Source of the DNA: Octopus vulgaris | Lineage: Eukaryota | Length of the DNA: 64,000 nt | NCBI GenBank assembly: GCA_951406725.2 | Contig: OX597814.1 | Location: 104,036,001 to 104,100,000 of the forward strand | Direction of reading: 5' to 3' | Part shown: positions 52,328-63,764 of the stretch, one piece after another | Layout: each line of letters starts with the position of its first letter | Numbering within the stretch: the stretch's first letter is position 1 | Made by a program: the position numbers and the translations under genes | The notes under the pieces: model-generated | What the model was told of the DNA's origin: nothing | What the model saw: the letters and a program-made list of their open reading frames with translations, nothing else | Database searches by the model: none

Positions 52328-52402
52328 CTGTCTGAAGACTTTCCAATTGGAAATTTCTTACATGTTTATAATTCCTATTAGCAAATGAAACATGTGTAAT
52401 GG
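52328..52402 (+). ncRNA. Candidate type I hammerhead motif with long, decayed stem II
   Basis: CTGAAGA (52332-52338), TTTCCAATTGGAA.../...TTCCTATTAGCAAA, then GAAAC-ATGT-GTA. Stem I is weak. Confidence 0.4.
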
Positions 52403-52583
52403 TGATTAAATAAAGTTTTTATAACTTTCTGTTTTGATGTATAATAACCCTGGAAACAATATTTTCAGAATTTTCAACTCTAATGCATGCCTCACATAAA
52501 CATAACAATTACATATGGAATTGTAAGACTGGAACTAACAGATGTGCTTCAAGAGGAAACGGCTTGGATTTTAACTCTACCTA

Positions 52584-53861
52584 CGAGGGTGGGCTGAAAG
52601 GTTTAGAGGCTGACTCTGAAAGAGTAATGCTAAAGCTGTAAAATCTTGCATCCCTTAATTTCAGCTCCTCTTATTAACAACTGCATTGTTTCTGTCCAAC
52701 TAAACTGACATTGGACTGTTCAAAGAAGACTTCAAAAGTAACTAGATGTGACTTCTCTTGAAAAGGGACAAAATTTGGTATTGTGGTGTTATCAAGTACC
52801 TGTAGAGAAAGGGTTTAGCCCCCAACAACATTCATACTAACATAATTGCTGTATTAGGGGATGATGTTCCAGCCTTATAAACAGTGCAAAATTGGGCAGT
52901 TGAATTTAGGAGGGGAAGAGAGTCTGGTCGATGACCCAAGGTCTGGACGTCCTGCAACTGCTACCACTGAGAAAAACATTGATCATGTTCACCACATGGT
53001 GATGGATGACAGATGATTGACTGTAATTCAAATAGCCAATGTTATTAGCTTATCCTGTAAGAGAGTTGAGAATATTCTGCACATATAAACTTGGCACGAT
53101 GAGGATTTCTACTCAGTGGGTGCCACGTTTTCTGACCCCTGATGAAAAGTGCACCAGGCTGATCACATCACTGAAAAATGTGTTTCCTTGAATGTTTGCT
53201 AACCTAGAAGAAGTGCTGGGTTCATTACTTTGAGCTAGAAACAAAGAGACAATCCATGCAGTGGAAACACCGCCTCCTCATCTGCTCCAAAGAAAGCCAC
53301 GGTCATTTCAAATGCTGGGAATGTGATGGCCTTAGTTTTTTGGGATGCAAAAGGTATTGTGTTTATTGATTATCTTCAAAAGAGCCAGACCATCATTGGA
53401 GAGTAGTATGCCAAATTGCTGAGATTGTTATTATGAAAGGCTGTCAAGATCAAATGCTCAGGAAACCTGATGAAAAGACTTTTGTTCCATCGGCACAAAA
53501 TAGTCTAGCATTGTCTATGGTTTTAATGGCTGCCATGCATGACTGTGGCTTTGAACTGGTTGACCACTGTCCCTATCCTCCTGATTTGACCCCCATCTGA
53601 CTATCATCTGTTCCCCCAACATGAAAAAGAAAAAAACACCCTTGGCTGGGAACCAGTATCACAGTGATGTCCACTGTTGATGACTTTTTTGACCAACAGG
53701 ATGAAAGCTTCTTCCTCAATGGGATCCAAGCACTGCAATACTGATGGGAAAATAAGTGTGGAGACCGCAACGGAGACTGTGCTGAAAAATTAAATCTCAT
53801 TTAGTTACATTCCATCAAGAGACCGTCTTGGTCAGTGTATGAACTTTTCGGCCAACCCTTG
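52584..53861 (+). mobile_element. Decayed full-length mariner (DD34D) transposon
   Basis: TIRs CGAGGGT.GGCYGAAA.GTT. DDPRSGRP, WVPRFLT, VFWDAKG and YPPDLTPSDYHLF motifs. Confidence 0.9.
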
Positions 53862-53918
53862 TGTACGTGTGTGTGTGTGTGTGTGTGTGTGTGCATACAT
53901 ACATACATATATATACAA

Positions 53919-53968
<50 letters not shown>

Positions 53969-54743
53969 ATACATTCATGCATGTATTCAGATATATATAT
54001 ATACACATAATTAAATGAAATTACCTCATAGAGTATCTGTCTTTCACAGATTCCATTGACCATAGACAAAAGTAAAATATATTTTAAATATTGGCATAAT
54101 TTGGATTGAGAATTGGTAGGTGGGGAACATACTGAAAGGAATCACGTGGGACACTTCTCAGTTGTGTGTAGCTCTTCAGTATAGAAGAACAAGAAAAAAA
54201 CTACTACAACAAGCGTAGCAACAACAAGAAACCTAATGACAGCAACAACAGCAATTGCCACAACAACAGCAGTTACAAGGAAAATAAATAACGGCAACCA
54301 CCACCACATCAACAACAACAATGTAAATTTGTGAGAGCCACTCCAACATCTCAGTTTGACATTTGGATATTGTACAAAGTTTTATGGTCAAGAGGCAATC
54401 ACAGTGCACATTGCAGCTGCAACAGTTTGTGCATTTAGACTGCAACTTCACATGCAATTATAACTGATACATGTGTATTTAGTGTGCAAGCAGTAACAGT
54501 TGTATGTGCAATTAGAGCTTGTATTTCATGGTCTGCTGTAGCTGCAAAGCTCAATTAAAGTGCATGCAGAGCAACAATAAATGCATGTGCAATGTTGTAT
54601 CTGTGTGCACATTCCGACTGCACCTGCAGTTATAACTACAGGTGCAATCAGGTAAGAAAGATGATTTTAAATAAAGGAAACATTTACAAACATTATTTCA
54701 ACAAAAACAACAAATAACAGCTAAATAGTAACACTATAGCATA

Positions 54744-55594
54744 TGAAGGGGTACCTAAAAGTGGGACAAACCAGTTGTAGTTCAGGTTTCCACTGCTAGA
54801 AGCCACTTGATGCATCCCTCGGGTATCAGTTTGCCAACCGGTGTCATCAGGTGAAGTTGGACTGTTATGTGGTCCGTCTTTGTTTGTAGTGCTTCTCCCC
54901 TCTGTCAATTTTTGTGATAGTTGAAATGAAGGGGAAAAACAGCAGCCAAAACAGTTGTCATGCTTCAAACAACTTACAAGGACACTGCCATGAGCAAAAC
55001 ACAAGTTTATGAATGGTTTTCAAGCTTTAGGAGTGGTCACTTGTTGTTTGAAGACCAACGTCGTTCAGGATGACCATTGACCTCCCGAACGAATGAAAAC
55101 ATCATGAAAATTCATGAACTGATCTTGGGGGACCATCACTGAACAATTAACGAACTTGTTGATCTGCCTGCTGAGTCCTGGCGCTCCTCCCAACGAATTT
55201 TGAGAAAGGAATTGTGAATGAAAAGAGTTACATCAAAATTTGTGCCTCGTTTGCTCACAGAAGATCAAAAGCAGTAAGGACTGAATGCGTGTCGTGAACT
55301 GAAAGAACAATTGGAAGATGATCCGGATTTCTTTTTTAGAAGGTCATCACAGGTGATGAGAGCTGGTTCTACAGAATTTGCAGATGTGGAAACAGTGAAG
55401 AACAAAATGACAGGGGCATTAAAAGGTATCAGTTTGCAAAAGTTCCAGCACTGCTTTGATGAGTGGAAAGCCCAGCTGGTCTGATGCCTTGCTTCAAATG
55501 GGAAATACTTTGAAGGCAATAAAAGAGCAAACATGTAAAACTTGGTGTATAAAATAATGTTGCAAAATTCCGGTTTCTGTTGGGTACCTCTTTG
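54744..55594 (+). mobile_element. Internally deleted mariner transposon
   Basis: TA-flanked TIRs containing GGTACC. VYEWFSSF, KFVPRLLT and VITGDESWFY, then a jump to the C-terminal GKYFEG. Confidence 0.85.
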
Positions 55595-55621
55595 TATACT
55601 CATATATACATTCGTACATAC

Positions 55622-56060
55622 ATGTGGTGTGCAAGAGAGACAACTGCGCTGGTATGGTCATGTGTTACATATAGATGAGGACAGCTGTGTGAAGAAATGT
55701 CACTCCCTAACTGTGGAAGGAACCTGTGGAAGAGACAGACCTAGGAAGACATGGGATGAGGTGGCAAAGCATGACCTTCGAACATTGGGCCTCACAGAGG
55801 CAATGACAGGAGACAAGGACCTTTGGAGATATGCTGTGATTGAGAAGACCCGGCAACTAAAGTGAGATTGCAGCCTTGCACGTCTGGCCTAATTAAGAGT
55901 ACTCCTGATGCATCAGGCGATATGATATACTTGGAAGACCTGTTGAGTCAAGTAAAACCAATATCATAGCTGTGGCCAGTGCCCCCTCACTCCCCAGACC
56001 TCAGCCAAACCGTCCAACTCATGCTGGAAAACAGATGTTAAACAATGATGATGATGATGG
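55622..56060 (+). mobile_element. RTE LINE 3' end
   Basis: QLRWYGHVL...RPRKTWDE...LWRYAVIEKTRQ, shortened UTR and (GAT)n. Confidence 0.85.
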
Positions 56061-56525
56061 TATACACACACACACACACACAGACACACACACACACACA
56101 TATATATCGTCTATATATCATGTATCCAAATATGAAGCACAATCTAAAGAATAGAGCAGTAATGTATCTACATGCAGTTAAATATATGTCTGGTCATAGA
56201 GTGACCAATGGTTTCACATTCATAAATTTTTATGGAAGCAAAACCATTGGTCACTCTGTTATGATGGGACATATGTTTAACTGCATGTAAATATATATAT
56301 ATATATATAAGAGATAATGGTGTCATTGCGACCCAAAGGTGTCAGGTAATGCTGAATAAGTGCTATAGACAGACCATAGTTGAGTTCCAGATTCGGTAAT
56401 ATTGTGAATAAAGGGTTCAATGTTGGTTCTATGTCAGCGTGTGTATATAAGAATTTTTTTGTGTAATGAAATAAATGCTCTGATATCTATACAGCCTTGG
56501 TTTTTTTATCTCATTATACAAAAAA

Positions 56526-56570
<45 letters not shown>

Positions 56571-56769
56571 GTGTGTGTGTATAGACACATACACTTACAC
56601 ACATACATCATCATCATCATCATCCTTATCATCTAATGTTCATGTTCCATGCTGGCAATGGCTTGTATGGTTTAATGCCAACTACTTTACAGCATGTACC
56701 AGTGGATTTTTCATGGCACTAGCACCAGTGAGGTATCATGCTGCCTGCAAGACTATAATTGCCTTTGAA

Positions 56770-57135
56770 TGAGTTGGGCTACAGTGGAAAGGAGGGAGCA
56801 GCTTGAAGAGAATGAAGCCGATTTGCTGCACTGGATGTGCAATGTCAGTGTGCATGTATGGCAAAGTGCGTTTTGAGAGAAGAACTGGGTAGAAGAGGCA
56901 TGGAATGTGCCAGATAGAAGACTGTGATGGTTAAGGCTATGTGATGTGTATGGCTGAGGTAGGTTGCACAAAGAAGTATCAAAATCTAAATGTGGAGGGA
57001 ATCTCAGGAAGAGAAAGACATGGGACAAAGTAGTTGGAAATGATCTTTGGATGTTGTGCCTCGTAGAGGAGATGGCAAAGGACCAAAACCATTGGTGGTT
57101 TGCTGTGCTTGACAAAACAGGTCCAGCCAAGTAAA
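56770..57135 (+). mobile_element. Diverged RTE LINE C-terminal fragment
   Basis: Colinear with 46810-47140. Confidence 0.65.
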
Positions 57136-57563
57136 ATCAAAGCCATACAGTTATCTCCTTTATGTCCATGGATCACCCTGCAAATAATCTGTCCCCTGAC
57201 AAACCTCACTCACAGCAGCCTCATTTCCCCACCCACTCCACTCTCTTCCCGACGCATTGCCCCTATCCCCAATCCATACATCCCTGCCTCCCTTCCTGTC
57301 TCATCTTCACAATCTTCTGTCTCTCCCCACCTGAAGCAGCGATGTTTCCCTTCCAATGTAAGACCCCTTTTTTTCTGTCCTTTAGTACTACACCCACTCC
57401 CCACCCAGCCCTGCCAGTTGAGGGGGTTTTGTCTTGCAACTTACATGGTGTCCTCACAGAGGTATGCCGAAACAAACAGCAACGCTTGGTGCAGTCTCTG
57501 TCTGACCCTTCAGTTCTTGTTAAATTCTGCCATTATGATGGAAAACACATCTTAAATTATATA

Positions 57564-57615
<52 letters not shown>

Positions 57616-57617
<2 letters not shown>

Positions 57618-57921
57618 ACCTGCTTTCAGTCATGAATGACCATGGGATTGCACCTAGAAAGTTCCCCTCCAAGGCACAAGTCAAGGCAAGGTTGTCTGTG
57701 GAAGACCAGCAGTTGCCAATGGATATCAGCCTCCCCTTTTCATGCAACCAATGTTGTCCAAGGGAAAGGCAAAGGGGCCGATACAGCTTGGCACCAGGGA
57801 CATTGCAACTCATTGCTACAACTGAGTGAACTGCAGCAATGTGAAATAAAGTGTCTTGCTCAAGAACACAACACACAACCCAGTCCGGAAATCAAACTCA
57901 CAACCTCATGATTGAGAGCCC
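57616..57921 (-). mobile_element. SINE family C
   Basis: Reverse complement of 49322-49656. Confidence 0.85.
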
Positions 57922-57942
57922 AATATATATATATATATATAT

Positions 57943-58285
57943 CATCATCATCATCATCATCATCATCATTGTTTAACGTCCGTTTTTCATGCTAGCATGG
58001 GTTGGACAGTTCGACCGGGATCAGGGAAGCCAGAAGGCTGCACCAGGCCCTGGTCTGATCTGGCAGTGTTTCTACAGCTGGATGCCCTTCCTAACGCCAA
58101 CCACTCCGTGAGTGTAGTGGGTGCTTTTTACCTGCCACCGGCACGGAAGCCAGCCAAGGTGGCGCTGGCATCGGCCACATTCGGATGGTGCTTTAACGTG
58201 CCACTGGCACAGGGATCACAACTACAATTTCCATTTGATTTTTGATATTAATGTATTTGACTCAATAGGTCTCCTCAAGCACAGG
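57943..58285 (-). mobile_element. RTE 3'UTR-derived repeat
   Basis: (CAT)n, core, internal units. Confidence 0.8.
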
Positions 58286-58317
58286 GTCGAAACAGTGTTT
58301 CTTTACTTGCCACCTGC

Positions 58318-58535
58318 TACTCTTTTACTTGTTTCAGTTATTTGACTGTGGCCATGCTGGAGCACCGCCTTTAGTCGAGCAAATCGACCCCCCGGACTTA
58401 TTCTTTGTAAGCCTAGTACTAATTCTATCGGTCTCTTTTGCTGAACTGCTAAGTTATGCGAACGTAAACACACCAGTATCGGTTGTCAAGTGATGTTGGG
58501 GGGACAAACACAGACACACAAACATATACACACAC

Positions 58536-58586
<51 letters not shown>

Positions 58587-58876
58587 AAATCAGAAAATGG
58601 AGAAATACATCTAAATCATTAAGCAACTACCAGATAATACCCAATCACATACTTTATTGAACCACTACATAAGAACATTAAGGTTAAACAAAACAGCATA
58701 CATGAATGAGTAATACAATACAATAGGTACAATCATTATAAGAGGATATAAATAAATAAATATAAATAGATATAAATATAAATATACATATATATATATA
58801 TATATAAATACATATACATATATATTGTCCAACCCGTGCTAGCACGGAAAACGGACATTAAACGACGACGATAATG

Positions 58877-58909
<33 letters not shown>

Positions 58910-59070
58910 TATGATGAGCTTCTTTCAGTTTCCGTCTACCAAATCCACTCACAAGGCTTTGGTCGGCCCAAGGCTATAGTAGAAGACATTTGCCCAAAGT
59001 GCCATGCAGTGGGACTGTACCCAGAACCATGTGGTTCGCAAGCAAGATACTTACCACAGAGCCACTCCTA
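58318..59070 (-). mobile_element. SINE family A with secondary insertions in its internal microsatellite
   Basis: Body at 58318-58530 and head at 58910-59070 both match 21834-22236. Confidence 0.8.
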
Positions 59071-59155
59071 CGCTTCATGAATTTGCATGTCATCCTTGTG
59101 CAGGGGCCATGCTAATCTTCTCTGCATCGTTCCAATTTTAGAATATGTACCACCA
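59070..59155 (-). pseudogene. U6: U6 snRNA retrocopy, truncated at both ends and fused to a SINE A head
   Basis: Minus strand GTACATATTCTAAAATTGGAACGATGCAGAGAAGATTAGCATGGCCCCTGCACAAGGATGACATGCAAATTCATGAAGCGT matches metazoan U6. ACAGAGA box is mutated; no 5' stem or oligo-T end. Confidence 0.95.
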
Positions 59156-59868
59156 TATATTATATATCTTTTTTCTTTTATTTCCTACTTGTTTCAGTCT
59201 TAGACTGCTGCCATGCTGGGGCAGTGCCTTGAAAGATTTTAGACAAACAAATCAACCCCAAGCTTCTAGGTTATGGGACATAAACAAACCAACACTAGTT
59301 CTTAAGCAGTAATGGGGGACAAATGCACACACACACACATGTGCACATGGACACACGGACACACGCACACATGCGCGTACAAATATATATCTGGAGAGAG
59401 AAAGAGAAAGGAGAGGAAGAGAAAGCGAGAACAGAGATGACAGACAGACAGACAGATTTGTGCTGCAATAATTATAATGAGTTAGTAACAGAGATAGAAT
59501 GGTAAAAACTTAAAAAGATGGTGAGGAATGAGTCATAACAGAGAGGAGAAGATTAGTATGTCATTACCACCACCATCACTGCTACCACCACCACCACTGT
59601 CACCGTCACCGTCATCATCGACATCATCATTATGGTTTTCATCATTGATGTTGTTGCTGTTGTCCTTCTGGTTGTCCCTAATGTCACTGTTGATTTCTCC
59701 CTGATTCTGTCATTGTTACCAATATCATTTCTGTTACCATGGTAATTATTGTTATCCTCATCAAGAATATTCCAATTAATTATATCATTTATACATATGC
59801 ACATGCATACACATTCTTTCACACATACATGCATGCAATTATATATGTGTGTGTGTATGCATATGTAT

Positions 59869-59943
<75 letters not shown>

Positions 59944-60153
59944 CATACATATACATACATGCACACACACACACACATGCGCGCATGCACACACACACAT
60001 GCAGTAGTATAATCTCAAGTTCAAATCCATGGCCTCCACATCAGACTAAGGGTGGTGAAGGGAATATGCTGAGGCCTTCATCTTGCAGTGGACTGAACAT
60101 AGGCAATCCAATGAAATCCAGGATATACATACATATATCATCATCACCACCAC

Positions 60154-60198
<45 letters not shown>

Positions 60199-60441
60199 TT
60201 AACGTCCACTTTCCATGCTGGCATGGGTTGGACAGTTTGACAGGAGCTGGCAAGCTGGACAGCTGCATTGGACTCCATTGTCTGTTTTGGCATGGTTTCT
60301 ATGGTTAGATACCCTTCCTAATGCCAACCACTTTACAGAGTGTTCTGGGTGCTTTTTCCATGATTTTGATTTAATTATGTATACACACACACACACACAC
60401 ATATTTATTTTATTTAGGAAGCTAAAAGTTATAGCTGGTCA

Positions 60442-60505
60442 TTGAGTGACCATTAGTTTCATACCTATAAAGTGCTTAGCGGTATAGGCAACCCATCAGA
60501 CTTAA
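60442..60505 (-). ncRNA. Type I hammerhead motif in the 3' pseudo-LTR
   Basis: TTAAGT-CTGATGG-GTTGCCTATA...TATAGGTAT-GAAAC-TAATG-GTC-ACTCAA; core has A9->G. Confidence 0.7.
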
Positions 60506-61599
60506 ATGGCTAAAAGTTCATAACCTCTCTTGAAGTGGAGGAAGAAATACATAATGGTCATTTGGTTTTGTAAACAAAACATAATTGTCCACACTGTGCG
60601 ATGGGATTAGCGGGATGGTGTTATTCCCTTTACATCAGCTCTGGCCATGGTAATATTAGAAGGATATTAGGTGGGACTATTCAACGAAAGGGCAGTTCCA
60701 AGTCTGAAGTAGGAAATGTTTGAGATGAGCACATTGACTGAATACCTCTTTCCTGGAGTTTAAAAAGTGAGTTTTACTTAAGATTTTTGCCCTCTTGGCC
60801 AGCTTCCATTTAATTATGTATGGGGTTCCTTCCTCTTTTAAATGGCATATGTGGCTGGCCAGTGGCATGTTGTAGCACCTTTCTGGTATCCTAACAGAAG
60901 ACTTGTGGTTGTTCAAACATTGCTTAAATGGGGATGCAGTTGAACCAATATATTTTGGTGCCTGTGTATTGGATGTGCTACCACCATCACTGTTTCTTTC
61001 ATTAACTCCAGGTCTGATGTTGTTCTTGTTGCTGGAGTTGCTGCCAGTGCTGATATTCCTGGACATGGCTCAAGCGGTTCTGTTGTTCCTGGCATAATAG
61101 CAGTTGGTGCTCCTGCTGCCTTTGTAACTGTTGGTATTGTCATCTTTGCTGCTTGAAATGCTGTTGTGTCACTGTTACCATTGTTGTTGATGGAGGCATC
61201 ATTGCTGCTTATGCTGTTACTCTGGCTGCCAGTGGTAGCTGCCACCTCAGCCTCATACACGAACCCCATTTGTCTTCACATCGACCCCATCCCTTCCACT
61301 GAGTAGTCATTGTATATCCTACACAAGCATTCTGCTTCTGCTTGTGGCTTAGGGGTGCTCGCTAAAATTTACTTAATGATGGGCATGCAACTGAAGGATA
61401 TTCTTAACTTGTGCTTATCAAACAAGCATCCATATTTGTGTGACTGTGTGAAGTGCTCGTCTACCAAGCTAAGGAATATTCTTCCCATGCATGTTTTTTT
61501 TGACACTGATAGAGAAGAATCTGACTAACCAAACAACATTATGCTGGTACTTCCTTTTGTGGGTGCTAGGAGCCAGGATATAGGAGATGCAGTCCTTAA

Positions 61600-61821
61600 C
61601 CCTTTTGTTACCATATTTATTTTGAGATGCTCTGTATTTCAGTCAATTAATTTTAAATATAATATAGAATTTAGTAAAATAACTTAGTTATTATTAAGCT
61701 TGTGTTAGGAACCTAAATTGTGACTAAGGTTTGGTGGAAGATTTTAGTTCAAAACTTTAGAAAACAAGGCATTTATGCTACAGAGCCAGAGGCAGTTTCA
61801 GCCAGGTTAGTATCAAAAGGG
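61600..61821 (+). mobile_element. piggyBac-like MITE nested in the Penelope element
   Basis: TTAA TSD, CCCTTTTG.TAC TIRs. Confidence 0.85.
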
Positions 61822-62297
61822 TTAAACCCACTGAATGTAATAATGGCTTGCAGCCTCAGAAATCTCTTGACATGAGAACAGGTTCAAGATTCTCTTGCTG
61901 ACACCCTTCACTAGGTTCCTAACAGAATAGGTAGGTGGCAGGAGGCTGTATTAATGTAGGACAGCCCCTCATTTGGTTTGTGGTAGGGTCTGTAAAAAGA
62001 GGAGTTGAGGTCTAACATAATGTCTCAAACATTTACAATGGTGAGGTTGGTCTCGATTGTTATTTTGAGCCCCATGGCAATAAAGGTGCTAATTAGGCCC
62101 TCCCAATGCCTATCGAGGATATGGCCATTAGCTCCTCTACAGATGGCCGTAGTGTCATTTCTGTAGAAACCAAAGATAACTGATGGGAACCTCTTCTTTA
62201 AGGCGTCTAAAGGAACAATTATGTATTGTTCGCAAAACCAACTGACCATGACGTATCTGTTCCTCCAATTTGTAGAGGGGTTATGTGCCTTCAGCCA

Positions 62298-62352
62298 TTT
62301 AGGTCCGATGAGTAGCCTATACTGCTGGGTGCTTTATAGGTGCAAAACCAAT
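62298..62352 (+). ncRNA. Truncated hammerhead motif in the inverted pseudo-LTR
   Basis: CCGATGA-GTAGCCTATA...TATAGGTGC-AAAAC; its core mutations differ from those in the 60442-60505 copy. Confidence 0.55.
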
Positions 62353-62961
62353 ATATTTTCAGGTTTGTTCTGTTTCTGTCTACCAAATTTTACGTGACAC
62401 CAACATTTTATGTTCTGCTCAATAAAGCTTTTGAGAGTGTGTTCTTCTTTTGTACAGTTGCAGTCATGTGACAAGCTTTATGTATAGTTTGCATATATTT
62501 AATAGGTCTGTGATACATTCGTAGATCACATACATATTAGCTATAGAATTGATGACCATATCATCAAAATTTTCATAATTACACAATACAAAACAAATTA
62601 TATTGAACTACAAATTGTTCAAAACTTGGAACTATAAGGAAGGAGCTTTAAGACCACCTTGAAGGCGAGAATTCAAAACATTTCATGATATGACCACAAT
62701 ATCAAAGAAGAAATCCATAGAAATGTTTCACCAATTTCACTAAGCGTTGCTCAGTGCAGGGTAAATTTATTGGCCACACCAAACTTTTTGCACTCTGAAG
62801 AGGACAAAGACCCCTCAACTACATTGGCAGAAACATACATGAAATTGAGAACTTACCAAAGTATGGCATTTTGAAGCAGCTCTTGGTTAAGGCTGTTGAA
62901 GGAACAAGAATTTATAAATTAACACTCATAAAATACTATGAAAATTAAAATTTGTTTCTAA

Positions 62962-63190
62962 CCTTTCCGATACCATATTTCTGTTGGAATATGCTACCAT
63001 TGTTTTCAACCAATTTTGAAAATAATGAGGAATTTCATAGTAAAAGAACTTTTGTCATTGTGTTAAGCTGGTGTCTGGAACGTAGATTGACATGGAATTC
63101 TGATGAAAGGTTTTGATTTAGAACAATTTAAAATGAAAGGTTTGTTTCAGGGAACCAAGAATGGTTTCTGGAGCATTAGTATCAAAAGGG
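62962..63190 (+). mobile_element. piggyBac-like MITE
   Basis: Homologous to 61600-61821; ends AAAAGGG-TTAA. Confidence 0.75.
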
Positions 63191-63764
63191 TTAATTAATG
63201 CATGATTAATAATTAGTAGCCTAGTAATGGAGTTAATGATATCAACTATCCTCTTCTTTAATTAGTTGACATAACAACAAAAGCGGCATTAGAAAAAATT
63301 TAATTGGGAAGACACAACTTTTGTAATGCCTAACTCCATAACTACAAGCAACACGAAAAGCAGAAAAGGGAGGAAGCTTCACAAGAGAGCATATGTGTAT
63401 TTTGGATTTCAAAACAGGAGAGGAAGTACTCAATACATGTAGTGAAGTGGGTGACAGGAACAGGGCAAGTCACTGAGGTGTTCCCTAGGGGAGCAAGACA
63501 AGGAACTGTAGTAGGGGACAAGATGGACTGAGGTGAGGACAAGTTATGAGGTAGGAGACAGCAACAAAACAAAACTACTGAAGTGGTCCCTAAGTGAACC
63601 CCTTCCTACATCTAGACATTTTCCAGGTCTTATTTATTTGGCTTTCATTGAACAAAAGATAGTTTTTTGAATCACCTTTGAATGTTATGAATAATCTTTT
63701 CCTTGTTTCGGTCATTAGACTGTGGTCATGCTGGGGCACCACCTTGAAGAACTTTTAGTCAAAT

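Larger units (their letters stand above)
60421..62352 (-). mobile_element. 5'-truncated Penelope-like element (Naiad-like) with inverted hammerhead-bearing pseudo-LTRs
   Basis: RT GFYRND...GLKITIETNL; linker ISFSCMP and CLCR; EN VYEAEV...YIGST..FKQ..NNHKSS...LNSRKE..SQC.H. 60452-60590 is an inverted copy of 62213-62352. Confidence 0.85.

Noticed and set aside
59070-59155. Functional U6 gene
   Set aside because: Lacks the 5' stem-loop start, the oligo-T terminator and a recognisable upstream promoter; the ACAGAGA box is mutated.
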